This document shows positions 26,174 to 37,330 of a stretch of DNA of 64,000 nt, one piece after another. The position numbers and the translations under genes are program-made. Source of the stretch: Podarcis erhardii. Lineage: Eukaryota. The DNA lies in assembly GCA_964252035.1 (NCBI GenBank), contig OZ176203.1; one strand, given 5' to 3'. Position 1 is the stretch's first letter. Each line of letters starts with the position of its first letter. Below the pieces are notes generated by a model. It did no database searches. It had not been told where the DNA came from and saw only the letters and a list, made by a program, of their open reading frames with translations.

Positions 26174-27419
26174 GACATGTACGGGACCTATTTCCTTCTT
26201 TAAGGCTAGCTTTGATTACCATGGAGGCAGGGGGTAAGAAGAGAAAGTCATATGTCTATAAGAATCAAGGCCTATGATAAAATGAAGTTGAAGAATGGGT
26301 TATTCTTACTCATTTGGTAATAATACAGTGGAAGCATTTGTGACAATGCTCGCTCAAGCAAAACCCAGTATTTAGAGTTTGAAAACAGAGTCCTTTTAGC
26401 AGCTACGTGTCTTTGTGTCAAACAAGGGGCGGGGGGGGGGACAAATACTACCCAATAGTTTAAGCTTAACAGGGCCAGGGTAGAATGAATTCATTTTTGA
26501 AAAGAGAACTTGAGTTAACACCAATCCATAGTGGAAAGAAGAAAAACAAGCTTCTTCCTTCGAACTGTAGTTCCCTGGCATTATAGTCACACATTTATCT
26601 CAGGCAGATCACAGAAAGGCATAATAATCACCTCCCTCTCACTCTGTGATGTTTCTTCACTAGCTTACTGCATAAATCAATACTTCTACTGCAGCAATAG
26701 GTACATACAACTGTTCAAAGGTATAGTGAGATCCTCAAATGTTTCTGGGTCACCTTTGTGTAGAGGACAATTACAACTCTCTTTCTTAACCAGCAGCGGG
26801 GCCATCATCGATGGGACACCATGTCACCATGCTAAATACTGGGAGGAATGAAATAAGAGTGCAGAGGAGTGGAACTAAATTTAATCTATCGAGCACAAAT
26901 TTTCTTTGAAACGTTGACGATGACCCAGATATTACCACTGTCTGAAGGCACTGGGAACTAGACCAAACTGAAAAATGGTGCTGCTTCATAAAGCCATTTA
27001 CACAGGACGATTTAATAGGTGGTACGGCAATAAAAACCTCAAAGATTACAGAATGATTTGTGAGCTCTCACAAGGAAGATATTATTCAAGAGTCTTCATC
27101 TGAGTACCCCACTCCTAGAGTCATCCCATTCATTTGTGTGTATGGCTTCATATTATTCTAATTAGCATTTCTAAAAGACTTCTGCACGACCACATTTCTC
27201 TCCTGGAATTAGTGCTTGGACAAACCTTTTGTGGTCATGTATTTCAACCATTTGAGGGGCAGGGAGCAAAGCAAACATACCTTCAAAGAGAAATGAGTGA
27301 AGTTTGGAGAATGTTTCCCTATTTTTCAGGGGTGGGGCCTCTGCTTAGTTCATTTCGTGATATGAGATTTGTGGTGAGTCTTTATTCTCCTTAAACAGCA
27401 TGAGTAGAATGTCACATTC

Positions 27420-27718
27420 AAGGACTGCCTCTTTCCATCTGAACCTACCCAGACCCTTCTCCCCAGGGAAGTTTGCCTGGCGCCTACATTATACATCTTT
27501 AGGTTCCTGGCAAAAACATTCCTTTTTAACCATGCCTTTGGTTGACCTGATTGACATCCTAAAACCTTTTAAGATGTGGCTCTTTTTTGGGGGGGGGGAT
27601 GTTATTGGGTTATTGTTCTTATTTTGATTTTATATATTGTGTTCTTTTCTGTGAACTGCCCTGAGACCTCCAGGTATACGGAAGTATAGTATATAAATTA
27701 AATAGATAAAATAAAAAT
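27420..27718 (+). mobile_element. Older L2 3' end fragment
   Basis: cctggcaaaaacattcctttttaacca.gcctttg and gtgaactgccctgagacctcc..gtatag...tataaatt resemble L2 3' ends. Confidence 0.55.
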
Positions 27719-27885
27719 TCACTTGTGTCTGCTTAGCAGCACTTCCTGGGACATCCATGTGACTATGTGACATTGTGCAATCACACAGGCTGCATTCACA
27801 CGGCAGTGAATTCCTCATCCCTGATGTTACTTTCCATATTATATTTGAGACTTCAAAAAAAAAAAAGAAGGCCCTTATGGAAAAC

Positions 27886-27995
27886 TAGTGAGATATAGTA
27901 GAAGTTTAGCACTCTGTGTAAAGTGGGAGGGGGAGGGGCAATTAGTGACGGTGCCTAATGTCATCCGTTGTTTTGTCACATCACACCCACTGGTG
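27886..27995 (-). repeat. Inverted copy of a segment of the Penelope-like cassette, lying outside the hAT MITE
   Basis: 27886-27988 is the exact reverse complement of 28559-28661 (103 bp). Confidence 0.9.
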
Positions 27996-28247
27996 TGAAT
28001 GAAATTTAACACAACGTGGCCGTATATCAGTCAAAAAGCTACAGTTGCAAACACAACAGGTACTACAGCGTAATAGGAACATTAGGGGGAAGGGAAAGGA
28101 TAGAAGTGCTAGAATCAGTACTTTTCTTCTGGGAGTATTCAGGGGTACACATACCCGTAAACATTTTGTGAATCTAAGTCACAAAATTTGGCCTCATTGA
28201 GAGGCAGTGTTTCAAAATGAGTAGGAAAATGAGAATACCGCTAAACA

Positions 28248-28248
<1 letters not shown>

Positions 28249-28292
<44 letters not shown>

Positions 28293-28897
28293 CTTTCGTA
28301 GATTTTCACGGGTACAGGAATGCAGGTTTTGGTGTCCTCGGGTGTCTTCCCGTGTAAAAGTTGGGGTGTCTAGGCGACGTTTCCCTCCCCCTCCCACTTT
28401 ACACAGAGTGCTAAACTTCTACTATATCTCACTAACCTGGGAACTTCCTCTCTGCCCAGAACATTGGAGGCTATACACCACACCCCCTCTACAGTATTTA
28501 TAGGAACTCAAACACTGAGATCCTGCTCTGTTCCAGTAACAAGAAGCCGAAAGCACCAGGGTGTGATGTGACAAAACAACGGATGACATTAGGCACCGTC
28601 ACTAATTGCCCCTCCCCCTCCCACTTTACACAGAGTGCTAAACTTCTACTATATCTCACTAACCTGGGAACTTCCTCTCTGCCCAGAACATTGGAGGCTA
28701 TACACCACACCCCCTCTACAGTATTTATAGGAACTCAAACACTGAGATCCTGCTCTGTTCCAGTAACAAGAAGCCGAAAGCACCAGCCTGAAGATGACGA
28801 GTGAGACCTCGTCGAAACGTCGCCTAGACACCCCAACTTTTACACGGGAAGACACCCGAGGACACCAAAACCTGCATATATATATATATATATATAT
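28249..28897 (+). mobile_element. Penelope-like element (PLE) pseudo-LTR remnant with inverted terminus and internal direct repeat, flanked by (TA)n
   Basis: 63 bp perfect IR (28321-28383 vs 28814-28876), 177 bp perfect direct repeat (28383-28559 vs 28610-28786), TATA-like tatttatag, hammerhead motif and (TA)n tracts on both sides. No RT or GIY-YIG coding sequence. Confidence 0.75.
28786..28823 (+). ncRNA. Minimal type I hammerhead ribozyme motif (PLE type)
   Basis: CUGAAGA (28788-28794), an extra U, stem II GACGAG/CUCGUC with loop UGAGAC, GAAA (28814-28817), palindromic ACGU helix III and a GUC cleavage triplet ending at 28821. Helix I is only 2 bp (GC/GC). Confidence 0.75.
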
Positions 28898-29887
28898 GCG
28901 CACTGGCTAGAATTATGATCAGAAAAAAACAATTGTAATACTCCCCACATCTGAATGATGCCAGGAAGTGCAGCATGCAGAAAGCTTTGTGTTTCTACGA
29001 GTGCACACAGGGCTTTAAAATGTGTTTAAGAGCAGATCTGTTCTGTGTTGAAAAAAGAGCAAACAATTCCTAATTTGAAAGCTAGGATAGTTTCAGAAGC
29101 ATCCCCAAGAAATATTATTTGCTTTACCTACAAGATTCCAATTTGGTTCCTAAATGATACATCTAACTTGTCACTTTTGATGATTATAACATTACACAAC
29201 AACACCATTTTATATTCCAGATATTTAGGGCAATAATATTACTTTTATTGGACCCAGCACGCAAATAGTATCAATTTTATGGATTGTTCAGAAGTATTCA
29301 GAAATTACTAGTTTCTTTATGGCATTAGATCTTCAGTGTCCTTGCATTATTTTAGTGTGTCTATATGTGGGCATGCACATCATACATAAATGTTGTGTGC
29401 GCGCACACACATCCACACAGAGAGAATGAAATTGCTGTAAATTATTTCATCCATCTTGGCAAAGGATTATGCTGTCATTAATATATTGCCTACAAAAGGA
29501 GATCAAGCTGCCATAAAATGTGATTTACGTTCGGAACACTCCATCAGCAATGTTCCTCAACTTACTTAGGTGTACTGTGGGACAAAATCCAAACTTCAAG
29601 GATGTTCTTATTTTTTTTCCTGGTGAAAATATAAGGTGTACCGATCCTGAAATTAATATGAAATAAATGGTACTTCAAAGAAAACTTTTGAAGGTGTTTC
29701 TTAGGACATTTTAAAGCATCTGAATGTTGAGATTTTTCTTGCCTCTATGGCCTGCCCAAGACATTTTGCTGTCCACAGCAGAACAGAAGTGGTGGTCTCA
29801 TGGTGCTCCCCCAATGCGGTGGTGATGCACGGGTTGCCAGAGGCCAGGGCCACAGAGAGGGTGAGAAGAAAACTGACAGAATATGCA

Positions 29888-29933
<46 letters not shown>
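29888..29933. repeat. (AAT)n microsatellite
   Basis: Direct reading. Confidence 0.95.
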
Positions 29934-29934
<1 letters not shown>

Positions 29935-31066
29935 CTTTATTGTCAATGAACAACCTGTGTACAATGAAATTAACCAAGCCTGCATAATGGCATCTGTGTC
30001 ACCCAGGTGATGACAGCTGCATAGATAAGAAAAGAAGAGTTGTTCCATTGTCTGGAGAGGTCACTTCCTGGTTTGCATGGAAAAGCTGTTTTCAACGGAG
30101 CCCAGTGACGGAAGCACGTAGCTATATTGAGGCAGCACGAGGCACTGACATTTTGTGCCCTTAACAATTTTGCGCCCGGGGCAACAACCCCTTTGGCACG
30201 CTATGCCACTTACTCAATGCCTGTCAAGTTATTTTGACCCTTGAGGTGGAATATTCCACAATATCCCTGGCAGTAAAAATGCAACAATAATAAGTTAACT
30301 AGTTCATCATATGCCGGCCTTTCTATCACTCAAAATCAGCCCAACTCTCTGTGCCTAATGGGAGGGTTGGCTCTTGCTGCCTCTGTGGTGAAAGAAGGAA
30401 GGAAAGTCCTTGTGAGCAAATGGGAAAGAGCACCCCATTTTCAAGGCTTCCATTCTAAAGCTATGGCAGTTAGACCCTGAAGATTATGGCACCCTTCCAC
30501 CCTCATAAAAAACAATGAATAACAAAAGCTCTGCCCCATTTTGTTGGCTGATTTGACCATTTGGGGACTCACTCACTCAAACCAAGCATACTTACAGGTC
30601 CCCCCCCCACACACAAACACATTATCCCTTTTCTACAGTCTCTCATAATTCCACTCATCAATCAAGCTTTGAGGTCAACATGCAAATATTAAATCAAATA
30701 AAACAAAGCCACGACAATCCCCCAACTCCATGTGTTGTTCTAGGTTGTTCCCAGCTTCCAATATTATTGTGGAATAGCCTGAAGAGAGAACATATGTGCA
30801 ACTCCTCAGCCTTTTTCATGCAAAGAGGGGCAGTCAGTACAGAGGGATACCATGACTTCTTAAATCAGTGGATGTCTCTGCACAAAGTGGTAAATGCAAG
30901 AATGCTTCCACATTTCAGATGAGCATGTTAGCCCATGGCAAGTGGGGACAGAGCTGGGCTGAGTTGTGTGCCATGGGCACAGTGCCAAATGTGGCCCCAT
31001 TGTCTTCTCGTCTCACAAATAATAACCTTCACATGGACCGTGTGACTTACTAACATCAATATAGAG

Positions 31067-31188
31067 CAGCCTTTCTCAGATGTTGTTGAACTACAACTCC
31101 CATCATCCCTGACTACTGGCCCTGCTAGCTAGGGATGGTGGGAGTTGCAGGGAAACAACATCTGAGAACCCAAGGTTTAAAAAGTCTG
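31067..31188. mobile_element. Short hAT-type palindromic MITE
   Basis: cagcctttctc..gatgttgttgaactacaactcccatcatccct...agggatggtgggagttgca...caacatctg..aaagtctg. Same family as 46844-46979 and 58897-59032. Partial 8 bp TSD (5/8). Confidence 0.7.
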
Positions 31189-32788
31189 GTACAGAGTATG
31201 ACAAAATTGACTACGCATATGCTTATGTTGTTTGCATTCATATTGGGATTCGTTGCTGGGTGTTTTGAAGTTAGCACTGGTACTGCATGTTGAAACTACT
31301 TTTTGTGTCATCTTATTTATATATTTATTTATTTGATTAACTTTCAGGGGCTAGGTTTCATTTTCTGACTGGCTGTTATTACATTTGCAATTTTGTGTTT
31401 CCCAGGATGATATTACTCAAAGAAGTGAAAATAAAAGAACCATGCAGAACTTGAGACTAATTTCTCTGGTGAATACTAAGGAAATTGCCCAAGAAATAAA
31501 TAGGCACAGAGCAAAATCCTTTGCTTCTGCCAACTTTGAAACTGATATCAGCATGGATAACACTTGCAACGATAGTTAAAATTGAGACATTTCCTTACAG
31601 TGGAATAATGCAGAGAAGCCTATGCTGGCAATGTGAAGCTGGGCTTTACTGTGTTTTGTTCTCTGTTCACACAGGCCTAACTTTCATATAAAAATGGATT
31701 TTTATTTTAGCCACTGGGTGTGGCAACATGAACAAATCTTGCAGAGGAACGCTCAGATTTTCTAGGAATAAAGGAATTTCAATATGACCTCTCATTTGAA
31801 AGAGAAAGTAGCCAAAGCAACTGCTGTTATCACCTGCATTAAAGTTATTATTTTCTTATTCATGGGCTCAGAAAACACAGCAATGGACTCAATAAAGAGA
31901 AAAATCCATAGTCGCACTACAAATGAAAGCAGAGATAATAATATCCATGGACCATGGAAGTATCAAGCAACCTGAAGGGCTATACATATGACAAACAGCT
32001 TCCACGTGGTAGCCATTTTAAATTGCACCATATGACAGCTGTATCAGGATAGTGTCTGAACTGTTAATCTTGAATAATTCACATTGCAGACAAGAAGCCA
32101 TATGACATTTCAGTGGCACAAACCCAGTTTACCTTTGAGTTTGCAGCCCTCGTGTGAAGACAAAATTATGATGATGATGACGATGACAGCTACAACAACA
32201 ATTTTACTATTTATACTTCGCCCATCTGACATTGTCACACAGGAACTTCCAGTGCTGAAGGTGCTGTGGACTGTTCCCACATTCTACATTGTCATATGTA
32301 GTGGGAAAGTTAGACTTACAGAGTTTATGAAAAGAAAAGCTCATCTCTACAATGAGCTTCCTTTCTGAGTTCCTGCATAACCAAGCTGGGTTTTCTTGCC
32401 TCCCCAGCTGGCAACCTTAATAAGTGCTTTCTTCTAGCTTGCACAACGGGTAAATAATATCTTATCAGTCTTAAAATGAGACCTGCTCTACAAACCCTGT
32501 ATGTGTACCCAAGCCCCACTGTCAAGCATTCACCTCAAATGCACACACCAGGCCTGAGGGGAAACGCCACAAATCCCTTCAGGCATAAAGCATTGGCAGA
32601 TCTCTGAAGGGTGCCCTTAACCCAATAGTGCCTCAGCTTCCCTAATAATTTCTCTCCCACTTCTATAACTGCCTTGTATTCTGTGCTCCCAACAGGTTGT
32701 CATATTGTGCTGCTCTTGGGCAGCCAATCAAATTAATCCTAGCAATGCAGAATGGGGGAAAACAAGAAGGAGAAGGAGGAGAAGGAGG

Positions 32789-34310
32789 AACCACCCGGTT
32801 TCGAATCTTCCGTTCCTGGGTAAGGTGATTGAGAGAGCGGTTGCTGAACAGCTTGGTGGGTTTCTGGATGAAACATCGGCTCTGGATCCATTCCAGTCCA
32901 GCTTCCGCGTTGGTCATGGGACCGAAACGGCTCTGGTTGCCCTAACAGATGATCTTCGTAGACAGCTGGATCGAGGCGGGTCGGGGCTGCTGATTCTTCT
33001 AGATCTGTCAGCAGCTTTCGACATGGTCGATCACGAACTTCTGGACCACCGCCTTGCCGACGTGGGGATCCAGGGCACAGTCCTTCAATGGCTGCGCTCG
33101 TTTCTCTCTGGTCGGGGACAGAGGGTGGCACTTGGGGGGGAATTGTCATCGCGCCACTCCTTGGTGTGTGGACTACCTCAGGCTGCAATACTCTCCCCGA
33201 TGCTTTTCAGCATCTTTATGCGCCCCCTCGCCCAGCTTGTCCGGAGCTTTGGGCTGGGTTGCCATCAATATGCCGATGACACACAACTCTATCTGTTGAT
33301 GGATGGCCATCCTGACTCGGCCCCAGACACACTGACCAGATGTTTGGAAGCTGTGGCTGGATGGTTATGTGGGAGCCGGTTGAAGCTAAATCCTTCGAAG
33401 ACAGAGGTCCTGTGGCTGGGACGGGATGATATGGGATTGGGGGGAAAACTCCTATCTCTTGCAGGGGCGCAATTAGTGCCAGCACCGTCCGTTAAGAGTT
33501 TGGGTGTAATCTTCGACACCTCCCTTTCCATGGAGGCGCAGATTGCAGCTATAACAAAGGCAGTATTTTTCCATCTCCGCCAAGCTAAGCAGTTGGCTCC
33601 TTACCTCTCTCGCCCTGACCTAGCCACTGTGATCCACGCGACGGTCACCTCCAGACTGGATTATTGTAACTCGCTCTACGTGGGGCTGCCCTTGAGACTG
33701 ACCCAGAAACTCCAGCGGGTGCAGAATGTTGCAGCGAGACTCCTTACGGGGTCTTCACTGTGAGATCACATTCACCCGGTGCTATACCAGCTGCACTGGC
33801 TCCCGGTGGAGTACAGGATCAGGTTTAAGGTGCTGGTTTTAACCTTTAAAGCCCTATACGGCCTAGGACCCTCGTACCTATGGGACCGCCTCTCCTGGTA
33901 TGCCCCACAGAGAAACTTACGGTCTTCAAATAAAAACATCTTGAAGGTCCCAGGCCACAGAGAAGTTAGGCTGGCCTCAACTAGAGCCAGGGCTTTTTCG
34001 GCTGTGGCTCCGACCTGGTGGAACACTCTGTCACAAGAGACTAGGGCCCTGCAGGATTTGACATCTTTCCGCAGGGCCTGCAAGACAGAGCTGTTCCGCC
34101 AGGCCTTTGGCCAGGGCACAGCCTGACTCCCTCCCTCGGCAATCTTTGCAGAGCTCTGGCCCAATGGTGGCCAGTGGCTTGAATTTAATTAATTTTATAA
34201 TGAATGATTTTAGAGTTGTACTTTTGTACTGTTTTATTGTTGTTAGCCGCCCTGAGCCCGGCTTTGGCTGGGGAGGGCAGGATATAAATAAAATTTATTA
34301 TTATTATTAT
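32789..34310 (+). mobile_element. 5'-truncated young L2 LINE: reverse transcriptase domain, ORF2 C-terminus and 3' UTR
   Basis: PVSNLPFLGKVIE, FQSSFR.GHGTETAL, LLDLSAAFDMVDH, GLPQAAILSPMLF, QYADDTQLY, LKLNPSKTEV and SRLDYCNSLY are L2-clade RT motifs. One in-frame TGA at 33761-33763, then the same frame continues to 34126. Ends in an (tta)n tail followed by (GAA)n. Confidence 0.95.
32792..34126 (+). pseudogene. L2 ORF2 (reverse transcriptase) fragment with a single nonsense codon
   Basis: ORFs 32705-33763 and 33779-34126 are in the same frame and separated only by a TGA, probably CGA>TGA. The endonuclease domain and start are missing. Confidence 0.9.
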
Positions 34311-34319
34311 AGAGAAGGA

Positions 34320-34367
34320 GAAGAAGAAGAAGAAGAAGAAGAAGAAGAAGAAGAAGAAGAAGAAGAA
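34320..34367. repeat. (GAA)n microsatellite
   Basis: Direct reading. Confidence 0.95.
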
Positions 34368-35510
34368 CTCCTCTAAGGCCAATCAAGGAATCCCCACCCC
34401 TGCAAGAAAACTTCCATTCAGCCCCTTCAGCTGGCAAAGACCACACTGCATATAGGGAGAAATGCTGGGTGCTGAAATTTGGCAAGGAGGAATATTTTGG
34501 AGGAGGAGCCAGCTTATCAATCCAAGCTCCACCACCACCACCAATTGGCCCTCAGGCCTCCACCTGTCCATGTCCCCCAACCCCTCCTTTTGGGAGCTGC
34601 TAATGCACCAAGCATGATCTTCTGAAGGAAAGGTTGAGAGCAAATATCCCCACATTTTATTGGTGAGAAGAATGTTCTCTAGCACTGTTGCCTAGTCTAA
34701 ATATCTATGGTATTTTCTTTTCTTATTAATTGTTACAATCTGAAACATATAAGCTGAATAAAAAAAGTTGTTTCCTACCAACATTGTTTCTATTCAGCAG
34801 AGTGCACTTGGTTTGCTTCTGATTCCTGTCGTACCTGTACATACACCATACCTGTACTGTTAACCAGCTGCACAGGAGGAACTGCATATTGCAATGAGTT
34901 ACAAAGTGTATGCAGCAAACTTGAGGATTGTTTAGATGCTTTAAAGTAGCAGTGATTGCCTTGCAGCTATGAGATGACTTGTCTTACTTATACATTTTAT
35001 GACCTTTCAAGATTGCTTCTAGAATTGGATAATTAGATTAGCACAGCCATGCAAAAAGAGAATTCAAAATCATCAAACCATCCCCCAAATTCTAAGCTTT
35101 AAAATGGCATTTCTGTATTGTTGTTATTTTAATATAAAGTTCTGTCTTATACTCTTCCTTTGGGGAAAGTTTAACAGAGTTAGATTTAAGGAAAGCAAGA
35201 GCAAAAGAAAGAAAAACAGGGAGCTGAAAGCTCTGATACAGTATGTTGATTATATTCAGGCTTCTATAATCTCTAGGCAGCAGCTGTTATGAGGGCAGTG
35301 TATATGAAATAATAAAGGTTGGGGAAATGGGAAATCAGCAAATGTATGTCATTCTAAAACCAAACAAACTTCAATAGCAGGTAGAGGAATATACAACAAC
35401 AAAAGACTACAAGTGACACTAAAGTCCTGATAAGGGGAAATGAAAGTACAAAACACATGAACTCCTAAAAGTAACAATGTTTTACAGAAACAAGCAAAAC
35501 TGGTCACATC

Positions 35511-35878
35511 CAGGGCTTTTTCTTCAGCCAGAACTCACCAGAATTCACCAGTTCTGGCACCTCTCAGGTGGGCACGATTGCCATTGTATGAGAACAAGGG
35601 AGGCGTTCATGGTGAGTTCCAGCACCTCATTTTCTAGAAAAATAGTACAGTGGTACCTCGGGTTACATACGCTTCAGGTTACAGACTCCGCTAACCCAGA
35701 AATAGTGCTTCAGGTTAAGAACTTTGCTTCAGGATAAGAACAGAAATCGTGCTCCGACGGCGCGGCGGCAGCAGGAGGCCCGATTAGCTAAAGTGGTGCT
35801 TCAGGTTAAGAATAGTTTCAGCTTAAGAACAGACCTCCGGAACGAATTAAGTACTTAACCCAATGTACCACTGTACTA
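35511..35878. mobile_element. hAT MITE with a Tigger-like MITE inserted into its right TIR
   Basis: Starts cagggctttt and ends ...aaaatagta[insert]cta. Perfect 8 bp TSD gtcacatc at 35503-35510 and 35879-35886. Confidence 0.85.
35648..35873. mobile_element. Tigger/pogo-like MITE, copy 2
   Basis: TIRs cagtggtacctcgggtta / taacccaatgtaccactg, TA TSD. Confidence 0.92.
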
Positions 35879-36326
35879 GTCACATCTAAGAAAGAACTGA
35901 AGCCATTTTAACAATGATCACCATACTTAAATTTGCTAGAGAGCACATTGCTTCAACATCCCTCTCTGCTACTTCAAAAAATCTCATACTAAAATGAAGC
36001 CACAGATTACTTGCAAAATTAACAGCTTGAAGCCCTCTGTGACTGCCATTCAGAACTTAATTTTCAGATCTGGGTAAGGAAAGGGATTATTCCAGCACTT
36101 CTCTTTTTAAAACCCTTCAATTAGCTCTCATGAATGGGTTGCCTCTGCTCAGTGGTCAAGTGCATGCTTTATATGTATAAGGTCCCAGCTTCAATGAGGC
36201 CTATTGAGTTCAAAGTGATTTACTTCTATGGAAATCACACTTTTCTTTTTTCACATTCGTCATACCAAATCTTTTTTAAAAAATAAAATAAAATGGAAGA
36301 GTGTGTCCTCCCTAAAAGAGGGCACG

Positions 36327-37093
36327 TGTTGCAGTGAGACCTGGAGACTGACCTTCTGGTTGTGGGAGGGTATATTGGTATATACCTGACTGGTAGTTCC
36401 CTCATTGCTGGGTTTAATCTGGCCAATGGGGTGCTGACTATATGGATCAAGAGGCCTATAAACACCCATGCACGTGACCCAGAGCTTCGTCTATTTGCTT
36501 GTGCATCGGAACACCCACCCACCTTTCCCTATATTTAGGGAATTTTTTGCAATTGACCTTGCTATGCTATTGTGTGTTGTCTGTCATTGGGACAGGAGCA
36601 TGGCAGGAATTTTCCCCACTTGGCTGATTGGCTGTTGCCACTTGGGTTTCGCCTGCTGCGTAGCAGATCATGACAACTTGCAAGGTTGCAGATAGGCACT
36701 GGTTCAGGTGATAGGGATGGGAGAACGCTCTCACCATCCCTATGTGAAGGGTATTCCGTTAAAAGAATCCAGGGACTCAACTTGGTTTGGTCAACCCCCG
36801 AGAGGGGGTTGTGCCCACGCCTGAGTCCAGGGGAGTATCTGGGGAGAGGACATAGTCTGTTCCCGGGCTTTCTACTTACCTCAGTTGTTCACCCTTGGCT
36901 GACCTATGATAGAGCTCTGGGTCAGTGCTACCTGCAAGGGTGCAGGGAGCTAGTTGAACCAGAGCCTATGCAACCACCCACTTTCTGTAATCAATAAAGT
37001 TGTGGCCTAATTTCTGCCAAAAACCAAAACTGAAATTTGAGTCAAATGTGTTTTTATTTAGTGGGGGAGGTCTGTGGGTCTGAACACGCAACT
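36327..37093 (+). mobile_element. Solo LTR (ERV-like), ~767 bp
   Basis: tgttgc...gcaac(t) ends, CCAAT at 36423, TATAAA at 36457, AATAAA at 36993. Shares blocks with the LTR at 24280-25016. No TSD found. Confidence 0.75.
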
Positions 37094-37276
37094 GAATTTA
37101 GGATGAAGCAGACGAACCCATTAAGCAAAATAAAAGTATCTACACATTCCAGAAGTGTAAACATTACTGTTGATTTGATAATGAGTACAGATAGAGAAAT
37201 ACTGGAAAACAAGCATGAATGGTAATATCCTCCCCTAAAATTTAAAAACATAAAAAGAATAAATGCTTCCGATGTT

Positions 37277-37279
<3 letters not shown>

Positions 37280-37330
<51 letters not shown>

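Larger units (their letters stand above)
28116..28905. mobile_element. hAT-family MITE interrupted by a Penelope-like insertion
   Basis: Ends cagtac / gcactg. Perfect 8 bp TSD gctagaat at 28108-28115 and 28906-28913. The body 28116-28248 (ggggtacacatacccgtaaacattttgtgaatc...gagaataccgctaaaca) resembles a lacertid MITE. Confidence 0.8.

Noticed and set aside
28383-28876. Complete retrozyme (tandem hammerhead unit producing circular RNA)
   Set aside because: The 227 bp period is of suitable size, but only one complete hammerhead is present, so a monomer cannot be excised from this locus alone.
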